Assembly (NCBI GenBank): GCA_002269645.1
Contig: NIVC01000615.1
Coordinates: forward strand, 186,001 to 250,000
DNA length: 64,000 nucleotides
DNA from: Macrostomum lignano
Taxonomy: Eukaryota
Reading direction: 5' to 3'
A program made the position numbers and the translations under genes. The notes under the pieces were generated by a model. It did no database searches, had not been told where the DNA came from, and saw only the letters and a list, made by a program, of their open reading frames with translations. The first letter of the stretch is position 1. Every line of letters begins with the position of its first letter. Shown here piece after piece: positions 48,401 to 61,787 of this stretch.

Positions 48401-51400
48401 CTATGGTGACATTTGATAAATGATCAAAGGAAATAGCTAGAGAAGGCTAAAGGGAGTGGCGGCATTTGATAAAAGATCAAAAGAAATAGGAGAGAGAGAG
48501 TAAAGAGTGGCGGTATTTGATAAAAGATCAAAAGAAATTGGAGAGGTTAGAGGAAGTGGCGACATTTAATGAGAGGTCAAAGGAAATAGCTCGTAGCTGG
48601 AGAAGGGTAATGGGAATAGCGGCAATTTATAAAAGATCAAAGGAAATAGCTAGGGGGAGGGTAAAGGCAGTGGCGGCAGTTTATAAAAGATCAAAGGAAA
48701 CAGGGGAAGAGGAAAATAAAACAAAAAAATCTGTCTATTAAAACTCACAGGTGAGAACGGTGGGCATGAGAGCTGTGAACATGAGAAACAGCATACAGAA
48801 GAACAGACAGCCCGCATTCGATTGCACTTTTAATCCGTCGTTTCCAATTTTAAAGTACAGCATGCCGATCAACAGGCCAACGGAGACGTGGCTGAGCAGC
48901 CGGAGACGAGTCAGTTGCTAGGGAAATCGGGATTGGGAGAAAATTCAATGCGATTTCAATTGGATAAATACTATTAGTACGTAGAAATAATATTTTATCT
49001 AATCATTGTTCTCACCGTGTCACGAATGATTGACAGGAAGGTGCGAACGTACAGCACTCGAAATTGATTGAGGGTGCCTGTGCTGAAATGTCCGGTGCGG
49101 CTGTCGTCCTGGAAGTATGGCAATCAATAATTTGTTCGAAAATCGATGTTTGAGAGGTCAAAGTGTTTTCACAGAACTTCTATCTTTATCATTATTACAA
49201 ACAACACGAAACGCAATCTGAAACTATTGTAGAAACTAAGGTTGTGCACATCTGAGAGGCTGCTGGCCCAGCAACTGCGGATCTGGGAGGCTGGCTCAGC
49301 AGCTGAGGATCTGGGAGGCTGGTGGCACAGCAACTGAGGATCTGGGAGGCTGGCCCAGCAACTGAGGATCTGGGAGGCTGGCCCAGCAACTGAGCATCTG
49401 GGAGGCTGGCCCAGCAACTGAGCATCTGGGAGGCTGTCCCAGCAACTGAGGATCTGGGAGGCAGGTGGCCCAGCAACTGAGGATCTGGGAGGCTGGCTCA
49501 GCAACTGAGGATCTGGGAGGCTGGTGGCACAGCAACTGAGGATCTGGGAGGCTGGTGGCACAGCAACTGAGGATCTGGGAGGCTGGCCCAGCAACTGAGG
49601 ATCTGGGAGGCTGTCCCAGCAACTGAGGATCTGGGAGGCTGGCTCAGCAACTGAGGATCTGGGAGGCTGGTGGCACAGCAACTGAGGATCTGGGAGGCTG
49701 TCCCAGCAACTGAGGATCTGGGAGGCTGGCTCAGCAACTGAGGATCTGGGAGGCTGGTGGCCCAGCAACTGAGGATCTGGGAGGCTGATGGCCCAGCAAC
49801 TGAGGATCTATGAGGCTGGTGGCCCAGCAACTGAGGATCTGGGAGGCTGGCTCAGCAACTGAGGATCTGGGAGGCTGGTGGCCCAGCAACTGAGGATCTA
49901 TGAGGCTGGTGGCCCAGCAACTGAGGATCTGGAAGGCTGACAAAGCAACTGCGGACGTGGGGGGGGGGGGGGGTTGGCCCAGAAATGGAAGATCTGGGAG
50001 GCTGGTGCCGCAGCAACTGAGGGAAAAAGTAGGTCGTACATACTAAAAATAGTTTGTCGATAGGAACTAAAATGCATCATTATAACTAAAATCGCGAAGC
50101 AAAAGCTAAGCAACAACTAAAAAATATCATGGCATGGATATCTGATTGAGCAACAACAAACCGATTACGTGTAAAGAAATAATCGTATTATTCATAGGAG
50201 AAGACCATAGTATAACAAATTAAGGCTAAATAAAAACTTACCTTGACGGAGCTCTCGTTTGCCTAACGTGATATTTTCGTAAGAAAATGTATATCAAACT
50301 TTTATAATAAGAGGTTATGTGAATTACTCTACTTGGTAAGTAGCCAAGCAGCAAATATTATAGTCTAAATTTGCAAAGGATCGTAGAACTTACATTCGAA
50401 TCTGAATCATTGTTGGCCAGCGATTGGTCGGGATTTTTGTTAGAATTTGCCGACGAACTTGATGACGACGTAGCGGATGCGTTGTCGGCCAGAATCGCAG
50501 CGTCGGCTTTCTCCTTAGCAACCGCAGATTTGTAGGCCCGCATAAACTCGGCGCATTGGCCAGAGCGAACCGCCTCAGCGAGAGCGGACACCATGCACTC
50601 GCCTTTCTGCTGATCGCCGTCCGTCGTAGCCGAATCTTCGCCGGCATCGCCAACTGGAGTCGTTGAATCATCGCCGCAGACGGCCTCCATGAAATAGTCG
50701 GTGGGATTGTGATAGCTGGGACAGACGAAGCCGCGAGAGGCCAGGTATGGCACCACGGCACCTGCCGGCCCGTTGTACAGGCAGCGACCTTTGGCTACGA
50801 AGTACAGCTGGTCGAACATCTCGAACAGCTTGGCGCTGGGCTGGTGGATGGTGCACACGATGGTACGGCCGCCGAGTGCCAGCTCTTTCAGCAGGCTGAC
50901 GCACTGGAAGCAGGAGGCGCTGTCCAGGCCGCTGCGTGGGGTAGGTTGAGGGCCGATTGTCTACAGAGTTTTGCGTTCATTTCGACTGATTTCTCTCAAT
51001 CTATACTGCTTGCACTCTTCTATAGTTGCTATTAATCACTCTGCCTCTCCTTCTCCTTCAAACTCTCACTCTCCCTCACCCTCTTTATTTCTGTCTCAAT
51101 CTCCCTCGTGCTTCCATGTCTCTCTCCCTCTCTCCCCCTCCGTCTCCCTCTCTCCCTCTGCCTTACCCTCTCCCTCTCCATCTCCCTCTCTTTCTGCCTA
51201 ACCCTCTCCCTCTCCGTCTCCGTCTCCCTCTGCCTTACCCTCTCCCTCTCCGTCTCCCTCTCCCTCTGCCTTACCCTCTCCCTCTCCGTTTTCCTCTCCC
51301 TCTGCCTTCCCCTCTCCCTCTCCGTTTCCCTCTCCCTCTGCCTTTCCCTCTCCCTCTCCGTTTCCCTCTCCTTCTGCCTAACCCTCTCCCTCTCCGTCTC

Positions 51401-52145
51401 CGTCTCCCTCTGCCTTCCCCTCTCCCTCTCCGTTTCCCTCTCCCTCTGCCTTACCCTCTCCCTCTCCGTTTCCCTCTCCCTCTGCCTTCCCCTCTCCCTC
51501 TCCGTTTCCCTCTCCCTCTGCCTTACCCTCTCCCTCTCCGTTTCCCTCTCCCTCTGCCTTCCACTCTCCCTCTCCGTTTCCCTCTCCCTCTTCCCTCTTC
51601 CTCTCCCTCTCCCTTTTACTCTCAGTCTCCCCTAGCTCTCTATCTCCGTTTCTATTTCCACCTCCCTCTCCCTGTTTCCCATCTGCCTCTCTTCCTTTCC
51701 TGCACAGTTTCTCTCCTAGCTCTTAGCCTCAACCCAACATACAAGGCTACACGCATCTCTCTTCCACCATAGCGCTTCTCTCCGTCTGTCCCAACCCCCG
51801 TCATACTAGTCCATCCACATCCCTCATTGAAATTCAACTTCAAGGCCATAGCAATTAATCTACTGACTGCATTATAAATTTTCCGATAAAATTGAGATAG
51901 CTAGAATAATAACCTATTGTAATTAACATATTTATCTGCCAAAATTTTATGGCTGCATCATTAGCATAATTCGGATTACGAGCGCAATTATTAATAAAAT
52001 TCTCAGTCAAGAATCAAGAATCAGAAAGCCTCTTTATTGTTCACTAATTAATACAATTTTAAGTCCTGTCACCTTTCAGATATCCCAAGTTTTAGGAAAT
52101 TATGGATTGTTTTTAAATTAAAATTATTATTAATTAATTAGAAAA

Positions 52146-52176
<31 letters not shown>

Positions 52177-52492
52177 GGCAGGCAGGCAGGCAGGCAGACA
52201 GGCAGACAGACAGACAGACAGACAGACAGACAGGCAGGCAGACAGACAGACAGGCAGACAGGCAGGCAGACAGGCAGGCAGGCAGACAGACAGACAGGCA
52301 GGCAGGCAGGCAGACAGGCAGGCAGACAGACAGACAGGCAGGCAGGCAGACAGGCAGGCAGGCAGGCAGACAGGCAGACAGGCAGGCAGGCAGACAGACA
52401 GACAGGCAGGCAGGCAGGCAGGCAGACAGGCAGGCAGGCAGACAGACAGACAGGCAGGCAGGCAGGCAGACAGGCAGGCAGGCAGACAGACA

Positions 52493-52568
<76 letters not shown>

Positions 52569-55500
52569 GGCAGGCAGGCAGGCAGGCAGAAAAAGCTCGA
52601 ACTTACCCAGATCTTTTTGCCCTATTTCATGTCATTCCCCATAAATCGAAGGCTGTTTCGTAGCATAGCATGGGGATTAAAGCAACTCGAATGGATAGGA
52701 TTAGTATTGGGAGACGAGAGGGCAGAGAGGATTAGAGAGGAAAGAGATGGAAGATCAGGGTAGAGTGCACTGCAGTGTGCAGGTTTAACCCAAGTACGGC
52801 AGAACCTGCGGGGCTCCTGGAGTGCAGGGGGGAGAGGCGGAGAGGCGCAGGAGTACTCTGGAGCGCGAGTTCGCGCGAACTTGTCCCTAAAAGCCTGCTA
52901 TACATGCATGCTATAAATATAATAAGCTCTCTAACTCTCTCTTCCACACTAACTAGTGCTCCTCTCATGCTTTGTATTATATATATTTTAGTAAAACTGC
53001 TTGTTGTAAACAGTCAGTCAGTCAGTCAGTCAGTCAGTCAGTCAGTCAGTCAGTCAGTCAGTCAGTCAGTCAGTCAGTCAGTCAGTCAGTCAGTCAGTCA
53101 GTCAGTCAGTCAGTCAGTCAGTCAGTCAGTCAGTCAGTCAGTCAGTCAGTCAGTCAGTCAGTCAGTCAGTCAGTCAGTCAGTCAGTCAGTCAGTCAGTCA
53201 GTCAGTCAGTCAGTCAGTCAGTCAGTCAGTCAGTCAGTCAGTCAGTCAGTCAGTCAGTCAGTCAGTCAGTCAGTCAGTCAGTCAGTCAGTCAGTCAGTCA
53301 GTCAGTCAGTCAGTCAGTCAGTCAGTCAGTCAGTCAGTCAGTCAGTCAGTCAGTCAGTCAGTCAGTCAGTCAGTCAGTCAGTCAGTCAGTCAGTCAGTCA
53401 GTCAGTCAGTCAGTCAGTCAGTCAGTCAGTCAGTCAGTCAGTCAGTCAGTCAGTCAGTCAGTCAGTCAGTCAGTCAGTCAGTCAGTCAGTCAGTCAGTCA
53501 GTCAGTCAGTCAGTCAGTCAGTCAGTCAGTCAGTCAGTCAGTCAGTCAGTCAGTCAGTCAGTCAGTCAGTCAGTCAGTCAGTCAGTCAGTCAGTCAGTCA
53601 GTCAGTCAGTCAGTCAGTCAGTCAGTCAGTCAGTCAGTCAGTCAGTCAGTCAGTCAGTCAGTCAGTCAGTCAGTCAGTCAGTCAGTCAGTCAGTCAGTCA
53701 GTCAGTCAGTCAGTCAGTCAGTCAGTCAGTCAGTCAGTCAGTCAGTCAGTCAGTCAGTCAGTCAGTCAGTCAGTCAGTCACCCACTCACTCAGGTCAGTC
53801 AGTCAGTCAGTCAGTCAGTCAGTCAGTCAGTCAGTCAGTCAGTCAGTCAGTCAGTCAGTCAGTCAGTCAGTCAGTCAGTCAGTCAGTCAGTCAGTCAGTC
53901 AGTCAGTCAGTCAGTCAGTCAGTCAGTCAGTCAGTCAGTCAGTCAGTCAGTCAGTCAGTCAGTCAGTCAGTCAGTCAGTCAGTCAGTCAGTCAGTCAGTC
54001 AGTCAGTCAGTCAGTCAGTCAGTCAGTATCTATTAATCCATCAAAAGAAAGATAGAGAGTTTCTCTGTACAGTGTCTCAATGAACTTTGCTAGAAATGGA
54101 AGTGAAATCTTTCACCTCCTGTCTGGTCTGACGGGCGCGTCAATTCAAGGGTGAAAATGGATACGAAAGTAAAACAAAAGCCTCTAGCTAGCTGCTAGGC
54201 AGTCATGCAGTCTAGAATGCCAGCTGGAGACAGAGGGCTTTTAAACTGTACTTTTAGCTCGTAGCTTATCTGCTTGCACTTAAGGGTATTAAGTTATACC
54301 ATGGATGAACTAAAATCGGCTCATTAATCATCTCGTCGCGAACCAAGAGACAGGGGCGCCCACCAGAGACAGGGGCGCCCACCAAGAGACAGGGGCGCCC
54401 ACCAAGAGACAGGGGCGCCCACCAAGAGACAGGGGCGCCCACCAAGAGACAGGGGCGCCCACCAAGAGACAGGGGCGCCCACCAAGAGACAGGGGCGCCC
54501 ACCAAGAGACAGGGGCCACCACCAAGAGACAGGGGCGCCCACCAAAACACCAAATATTGGCGCCCCTCAAAGGGTTGCAGTCCTTTCAATTTACATTCCA
54601 CTTGCTCCTTGCAGATACATGTGATCAGAAATCAGTATTTAATGGCAGCAAACACGCCTAGAAACAGCTGCAAATGAAAACGAATGCTAGAAGCTGCAAC
54701 TGGACATCTAATAACAGAGTTCACTTAGCTAAAAATATCCATGCGACTGCAAGGTAAACACGAATTGAAACATAAACTATTATTATTGGAGGCACTCAAG
54801 TGCAACACTCGCTTTCAGAAACGGTAATCACAGAGAGTTCAGAAACGGTAATCAGAGAGAGTTCAGAAACGGTAATCAGAGAGAGTTCAGAAACGGTAAT
54901 CAGATAGAGTTTTGAAACGGTAATCAGAGAGGGTTCAGAAACGGTAATCAGAGAGAGTTTTGAAACGGTAATCAGAGAGAGTTCAGAAACGGTAATCAGA
55001 GAGAGTTCAGAAACGGTAATCAGAGAGAGTTCAGAAACGGTAATCAGAGAGAGTTCAGAAACGGTAATCACAGAGAGTTCAGAAACGGTAATCAGAGAGA
55101 GTTCAGAAACGGTAATCAGAGAGAGTTTTGAAACGGTAATCAGAGAGAGTTCAGAAACGGTAATCAGAGAGAGTTTTGAAACGGTAATCAGAGAGAGTTC
55201 AGAAACGGTAATCAGAGAGAGTTCAGAAACGGTAATCAGAGAGAGTTCAGAAACGGTAATCACAGAGAGTTCAGAAACGGTAATCAGAGAGAGTTCAGAA
55301 ACGGTAATCAGAGAGAGTTCAGAAACGGTAATCAGATAGAGTTTTGAAACGGTAATCAGAGAGAGTTCAGAAACGGTAATCAGATAGAGTTTTGAAACGG
55401 TAATCAGAGAGAGTTCAGAAACGGTTAATCAGAGAGAGTTCAGAAACGGTAATCAGATAGAGTTTTGAAACGGTAATCAGAGAGAGTTCAGAAACGGTAA

Positions 55501-58500
55501 TCAGAGAGAGTTCAGAAACGGTAATCAGAGAGAGTTTTGAAACGGTAATCAGAGAGAGTTCAGAAACGGTAATCAGATAGAGTTTTGAAACGGTTAATCA
55601 GAGAGAGTTCAGCAACGGTAATCAGATAGAGTTTTGAAACGGTAATCAGAGAGAGTTCAGAAACGGTAATCAGAGAGGGTTCAGAAACGGTAATCAGATA
55701 GAGTTTTGAAACGGTAATCAGAGAGAGTTCAGAAACGGTTAATCAGAGAGAGTTCAGCAACGGTAATCAGATAGAGTTTTGAAACGGTAATCAGAGAGAG
55801 TTCAGAAACGGTAATCAGATAGAGTTTTGAAACGGTAATCAGATAGAGTTTTGAAACGGTAATCAGAGAGAGTTCAGAAACGGTAATCAGATAGAGTTTT
55901 GAAACGGTAATCAGAGAGGGTTCAGAAACGGTAATCAGATAGAGTTTTGAAACGGTAATCAGAGAGAGTTTTGAAACGGTAATCAGAGAGAGTTCAGAAA
56001 CGGTAATCAGAGAGAGTTCAGAAACGGTAATCAGAGAGAGTTCAGAAACGGTAATCAGAGAGAGTTCAGAAACGGTAATCAGAGAGAGTTCAGAAACGGT
56101 AATCAGAGAGAGTTCAGAAACGGTAATCAGAGAGAGTTCAGAAACGGTAATCAGAGAGAGTTCAGAAACGGTAATCAGAGAGAGTTCAGAAACGGTAATC
56201 AGAGAGAGTTCAGAAACGGTAATCAGAGAGAGTTCAGAAACGGTAATCAGAGAGAGTTCAGAAACGGTAATCAGAGAGAGTTCAGAAACGGTAATCAGAG
56301 AGAGTTTTGAAACGGTAATCAGAGAGAGTTCAGAAACGGTAATCAGAGAGAGTTTTGAAACGGTAATCAGAGAGAGTTCAGAAACGGTAATCAGAGAGAG
56401 TTTTGAAACGGTAATCAGAGAGAGTTCAGAAACGGTAATCAGATAGAGTTTTGAAACGGTAATCAGAGAGAGTTCAGAAACGGTAATCAGATAGAGTTTT
56501 GAAACGGTAATCAGAGAGAGTTCAGAAACGGTAATCAGAGAGAGTTCAGAAACGGTAATCAGAGAGAGTTCAGAAACGGTAATCAGATAGAGTTTTGAAA
56601 CGGTAATCAGAGAGAGTTCAGAAACGGTAATCAGAGAGAGTTTTGAAACGGTAATCAGAGAGAGTTTTGAAACGGTAATCAGATAGAATGCATATAAGTT
56701 CATTGAAACAAATATATCTATCCATAAAGCAGCTTACCTAGTTGGCTCATCAAAGAACATAATAGGCGGATTGCTCAACAACTCCTGAGCAATTGCCAGT
56801 CGCTTTTTCTGTCCACCACTCAGAGACGAAGCCCTGGTGGAGCTGCATTCGGCCAGACCCAGCACGTCCAGAATTGTCCGAACCATGGCCTCCTTTTTCT
56901 CGGCCGGTTCGCACAAGCGCAGATTGGCTGAACAGGTCATGGACTCGTGCACAGACAGGTGCGGCAGTAGCAGGTCCTCTTGCATGATGTAGCAAGAGTT
57001 TTTACGGAATTTTCGCAGATTTCTAATCTGTCCGTTGACTAGAATATCGCCTTCAACGTTTTTACTGATGTAGCCAGCTAACACGTTGGTGAGGCTGCTC
57101 TTGCCCGCTCCGCTGGGGCCCATCAGGGCTACTAGGCGACCCGGCTTGAACTTGCCGTTCAAACTGTCCAGAATGGTCTTCTGAGCTGTTGAGTTCAGAT
57201 GCAGTTTGGGTATAAAGAAAGAGGTCACGCATCAGTATCACAACGATCAAATCATTTACTTGTAATGATATTCTCCAAATAGAAATCCAAGTCAGCTGTC
57301 TAGGGTAGCTACACGGATCAGTGACGTCCAGGCCTCTAAAGACATCAGAGTTATTAACTACCCCAGGGTCTCAGTGACGTTCCAGGCCCTAGACATCAGA
57401 GTTATTAACTACCCCAGGGTCTCAGTGACGTTCCAGGCCCTAGACATCAGAGTTATTAACTACCCCAGGGTCTCAGTGACGTTCCAGGCCCTAGACATCA
57501 GAGTTATTAACTACCCCAGGGTATCAGTGACGTTCCAGGCCCTAGACATCAGAGTTATTAACTACCCCAGGGTCTCAGTGACGTTCCAGGCCCTAGACAT
57601 CAGAGTTATTAACTACCCCAGGGTATCAGTGACGTTCCAGGCCCTAGACATCAGAGTTATTAACTACCCCAGGGTATCAGTGACGTTCCAGGCCCTAGAC
57701 ATCAGAGTTATTAACTACCCCAGGGTATCAGTGACGTCCAGGCCTCTATAGACATCAGAGTTATTAACTACCCCAGGGTATCAGTGACGTTTCAGTCTGT
57801 AGACATCAGAGTTATTAACTACCCCAGGGTATCAGTGACGTTCCAGTCTGTAGACATCAGAGTTATTAACTACCCCAGGGTATCAGTGACGTCCAGGCCT
57901 CTATAGACATCAGAGTTATTAACTACCCCAGGGTATCAGTGACGTCCAGGCTTCTCTAGACATCAGAGTTATTAACTACCCCAGGGTATCAGTGACGTTC
58001 CAGTCTGTAGACATCAGAGTTATTAACTACCCCAGGGTCTCAGTGACGTTCCAGGCCCTAGACATCAGAGTTATTAACTACCCCAGGGTATCAGTGACGT
58101 CCAGGCCTCTATAGACATCAGAGTTATTAACTACCCCAGGGTATCAGTGACGTCCAGGCTTCTCTAGACATCAGAGTTATTAACTACCCCAGGGTATCAG
58201 TGACGTTCCAGTCTGTAGACATCAGAGTTATTAACTACCCCAGGGTCTCAGTGATGTTCCAGGCCCTAGACATCAGAGTTATTAACTACCCCAGGGTCTC
58301 AGTGACGTTCCAGACCCTAGACATCAGAGTTATTAACTACCCTAGGGTTTCAGTGACGTTCCAGGCCCTAGACATCAGAGTTATTAACTACCCCAGGGTA
58401 TCAGTCAGTGACGTTCCAGTCTCTAGACATCAGAGTGAACTATACAACTATAGGGGATCGATGACATTACAGGCCCCCGAGATATCAGTGTCAAAGGACC

Positions 58501-58910
58501 AGCCTTCTTTAATACTCCAGTAGAAGTAATTGATTGTGATTCTTTCAAATTGGCAAGACACAACCAATGCTTTTCTTACCATTCCGTACGCGCACGTAGT
58601 AGCTCAGATTCTTGAACTCCAAAGTCAATGGAGTTTTGCCCTGCAATCGGAGGAACATCTCTTTGCCTTTGAGCGAATTGTAGGATGACTTTAAGTCGTT
58701 ATCTGTGGGCATATTGATGGCTGTGGAGGCACCGTCTGGTGGGGGGTTTGAGCGCAGCGGCACAGTCTCTTCTTTATCGGCTGCCTTCGCGGTGGCAGCT
58801 GGATTGGTGCCAGATGAGGCAGCTTGCTGTTCGCAGCTCACGCTGAGCACGGCAGGTCCACCAGATTTGGCTGCTTTACCTCTGCTTTTAGACTTCTTTG
58901 GTTCTGGCAT
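45488..58910 (-). CDS. ABCG1: ABCG half-transporter (white/ABCG1/ABCG4-like), ~742 aa; exons 58910-58580, 57185-56738, 50931-50394, 50262-50242 (candidate microexon), 49108-49016, 48917-48749, 47796-47524, 45843-45488
   Basis: NBD precedes TMD. Walker [11 protein letters not shown]-loop YIMQED, signature LSGGQKKR, Walker B FFDEPT|SGLDS, H-loop CTIHQP; TMD motifs [11 protein letters not shown] and ILLFSGFF. All junctions are GT-AG and frame-consistent (2229 nt). The symbol is the closest family label, not proven orthology. Confidence 0.92.
45870..47350. repeat. 19/22-bp TTATCAGTGACTCAGTGTC intronic array
   Basis: Direct reading. Confidence 0.93.
47950..48700. repeat. ~53-bp intronic array (GGCGGCATTTGTTAATAGATCAAAGGGAATAGCTAGGGGGAGGTAGAGAGAGT)
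   Basis: Homogeneous core at ~48030-48370 with degenerate flanks. Confidence 0.85.
49250..50030. repeat. 28-32-bp CAGCAACTGAGGATCTGGGAGGCTGGCC intronic array
   Basis: Direct reading. Confidence 0.9.
51100..51670. repeat. CT-rich ~36-bp intronic array
   Basis: Recurrent CCTTACCCTCTCCCTCTCCGTTTCCCTCTCCCTCTG. Confidence 0.85.
52146..52590. repeat. (GACA)n/(GGCA)n compound microsatellite
   Basis: Direct reading. Confidence 0.93.
53010..54027. repeat. (GTCA)n microsatellite, ~1 kb
   Basis: Direct reading; a single interruption near 53780. Confidence 0.98.
54343..54545. repeat. 20-bp ACCAAGAGACAGGGGCGCCC array
   Basis: About 10 copies by direct reading. Confidence 0.9.
54812..56686. repeat. 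24-bp GAAACGGTAATCAGAGAGAGTTCA intronic array
   Basis: 8-aa ORF periodicity LITVSELS. Confidence 0.96.
57315..58432. repeat. 51-bp intronic array (CAGTGACGTTCCAGGCCCTAGACATCAGAGTTATTAACTACCCCAGGGTAT)
   Basis: 17-aa ORF periodicity [17 protein letters not shown]. Confidence 0.94.
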
Positions 58911-60244
58911 TTGTATGCAGAGAAGTTTTGCTTTGCTTGAAGCTCTGAAAATTGAACAGAGTATCAAAATATGTTTGGTAGAAATTAAAGTTACTCAAGC
59001 AACTGAAGAATTTCCTCACTTTTTATCAAGCTAAATATGTTTTCAAACTTCTGGCTTTAACTTATAATGAAAAGCAACTTATAAATATTCTTAATATTTG
59101 AGGAACTTAAAAACAAAAGATAATATCTTGGGTGATAAAATAAGACACGTTTTGTATAAATCAGTATAAAAAACATATACATTAAATAGGTACTCAAAAT
59201 TCATTGAAATTTAATGCTATTAAGTAAACTTATACAATTATAAAGTAAAACTGTTCAGGATATAACAGAAATATAATGCTAATAAAATTTAAATTATTAT
59301 TTATTTGTACATATTTGAATTCGATGGTAATGAATAAGTTGTCAATAAGTGAGATAGCAAACAATATATGCTACTAAAGAATGTGGTGCAGGTGTTCATG
59401 TGTGAATTTGAATGCTAAATTTAAATTCTCTTCATTAAAATGTGATGTCAAGATTGCAAAACCGGTACAAAAATTATTTATGTGAAGGGTTGTACCAACT
59501 TTTGTTTGGTTTTTTGCATATGTCTGACTATAGCAATATACAATAATACAGGCTCTGTATGTGACTTATTCGGACAGAAGATTCAAACGTTACGAGTATA
59601 AAACGTCTAAGCCTAACTCTAATTCTAACTAAGACTTAAAAGTAAAAAGTTCAGTTAACAAATTAGAACAGTCAGTGCAAGAAGTAAAGACAAAGAAAAT
59701 CGGAAACAGACAAATTCTTCTCGCGATCATTTAATTACCGTGCTTGTTGTAGCATTTGAATTTCCGCCAAATGTTAATGACGCGAACGAAAGCAGTTTCG
59801 TTTACAAATAAAACCCGCAAAAATCAATATTGAAACATGAATGAAAAGCCTAAATCATTCAAACCTTGGAATACAATGGTTTTCTTCCTTTTAATTCAGG
59901 TCTGCCGAACTTTTCGCCTTTTTTCTTTTAAAACAATCGGTCTGTGAAGTTTTTAATCCTTATTCAATGGGAACATATTGAATGGTCCTTCGAATCAAAT
60001 CAAAATATTTATGAAAGAATAGGGAACACATGACAAAATTTTAACAGCGCTTACTCTTGGGACAGAAGTATGAATTAGATATGAAGAGATCGAACAGAAG
60101 ATTCGAGTTAAATGCATGGGGTTATTGCAAAAAAATAGAGAAAATATGTTTGCAAAAGCTGAGCAAAGGATTAATGCAAAAAAAGGAATTTTTTTGGAAA
60201 AACCGAGAAAGTGATTATTGAAAAACTAAGAAACGATTAAATCG

Positions 60245-60470
60245 AGGGCGTCGCCATGGATTTTGTGGTAGGAGAGAGACAAAGCCAAGAATTCCACATT
60301 TACATTCCTAGATACATTTTATTTTGAGAATCGGCGTTGTCAGCGTTTCTTTGACGCCGCAGGCAGCTCATTTTGGTGCTGCAGGCACTCAGTTTTGGCG
60401 CTGCAGCTGGGGTTATATATTTTGCCGCCCTGTGAGGAAAAATAAAATATTTCCAAGGGGTGGGGGACTT
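60245..60470. mobile_element. Diverged partial copy of the MITE at 23832-24310
   Basis: Shares AGGGCGTCGCCATGGATTTTGTGGT...CAAAGCCAA, the GCAGGCACTCA(G)TTTTGGCGCTGCAG units and TCGCCCTG-like/GGGGTGGGGG blocks in the same order. Confidence 0.6.
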
Positions 60471-60965
60471 CAGAAGGCAACTTTCATCTACTGTATAATT
60501 ATTCCAGTTTGAAATTAATAACAAATAGAACAGAAATTGGTAGAGATTGATATAATTTTCTAGTAAAAAACAGATTGGAACATGCTCTCAAGTTTCGAAA
60601 TTTATGCATGTATGAGACTATAAAAAACACAGAAATTTACAGATCATGCATTGCACTTCTATTACCCTTAGGAACGCTTTCATTTTCACACTAATAAAGC
60701 AGCTCGTAGTGTTTAATTTGTTTCTATAGAACCGACAAAAGCAAATATTGTCTTTTTAATAAGACGAAATTGCATGTTTAGTGTCTCCGTTAATTATTTT
60801 GAGGCTGTTGCATACATACATGTAATTTATTTATGGATATTATACTGCGTAAGTGATGAATGTAAGCCCGAACTTGAGCGTTATATATAAGACCATTTGT
60901 ATTCTTGCACACAAGTAACTCATACAGCTTTTCAGGACATTCAATCTGCCCTATAAAAGGTAACC

Positions 60966-61787
60966 ATGCCTCAAGTTCACTGTAAAAAAGACGCGGCCCG
61001 AATAGCAGAAAGCACCCGCGGCCCGTGCGCAACTCAATTGAAAATGTCAATTCTATCAACGGTGAGTCGGAAAATTCTAATCGACGCCCTGTCGCACATT
61101 TCAACCACACTGTCCAACCGCTTGAGCGCCTCGGCTGAGTCCAACTTGACCATAGACGTTTACGAAGCTCTGACCGCCGCAGTCTTCCTCATGTCAAGCG
61201 CGCGTCACCTCGATTTTGTCAGTCGCCTCTCCCGGCGTCGGTCGTTTGAGCAAGCGAGCTGGAATCAGAGCAGACTGCTGACAATCGATCTAATGGTTGA
61301 AAGCGGCTTCTTTGCCACACAGGACGGCGATCACGTGAAGTGCTTCTTCTGCGACGTCGGTCTGAGAGACTGGGACGCCGACGACTGCCCCGAGCTCGAG
61401 CACGTGAAATTCAGTCCTCTGTGCTTCTTTCTGAAGAGCTCCAGAGGCATGACCTGGCTGCGAGGCTCCAGCTCGGGAAGGAACAACTATCCGTCAGCGT
61501 ACCTGCGTCAGGATCACAACCAACTGCTAAGGACGCTGTGGCAGGAGTACAAAGGCAACAAGGCAACTATCGCCAGAGCTGTTGGCTTCAGCGACATTAA
61601 GGTTCTATTGTGCGTTTCCAGAAGCTACATCAGACTGAATAAACGGCTTAGCATGGAGGAATTAATCAAGGAACTGCAACACGACTGGGACTGCGACTTA
61701 GGGGCGTCAGATCCTGACTTAATTGCGGCGCCTTGCTTTCAAAGTCAGTTTTGCCTGGCGCAGGTGCTCAATGAGTTGTTTAGTTAA
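60966..61787 (+). CDS. Intronless BIR-domain (IAP-like) protein, 273 aa; single BIR, possible UBA-like segment, no RING
   Basis: RRRSFEQASW...GFFATQDGDHVKCFFCDVGLRDWDADDCPELEHVKFSPLCFFL matches the BIR C-x2-C-x16-H-x6-C zinc signature. A later-frame start (~61043) is possible. Confidence 0.88.
   Translation: MPQVHCKKDAARIAESTRGPCATQLKMSILSTVSRKILIDALSHISTTLSNRLSASAESNLTIDVYEALTAAVFLMSSARHLDFVSRLSRRRSFEQASWNQSRLLTIDLMVESGFFATQDGDHVKCFFCDVGLRDWDADDCPELEHVKFSPLCFFLKSSRGMTWLRGSSSGRNNYPSAYLRQDHNQLLRTLWQEYKGNKATIARAVGFSDIKVLLCVSRSYIRLNKRLSMEELIKELQHDWDCDLGASDPDLIAAPCFQSQFCLAQVLNELFS

Noticed and set aside
52775-54055. (SQSV)n ORFs of 354-426 aa
   Set aside because: (GTCA)n microsatellite in an ABCG intron.
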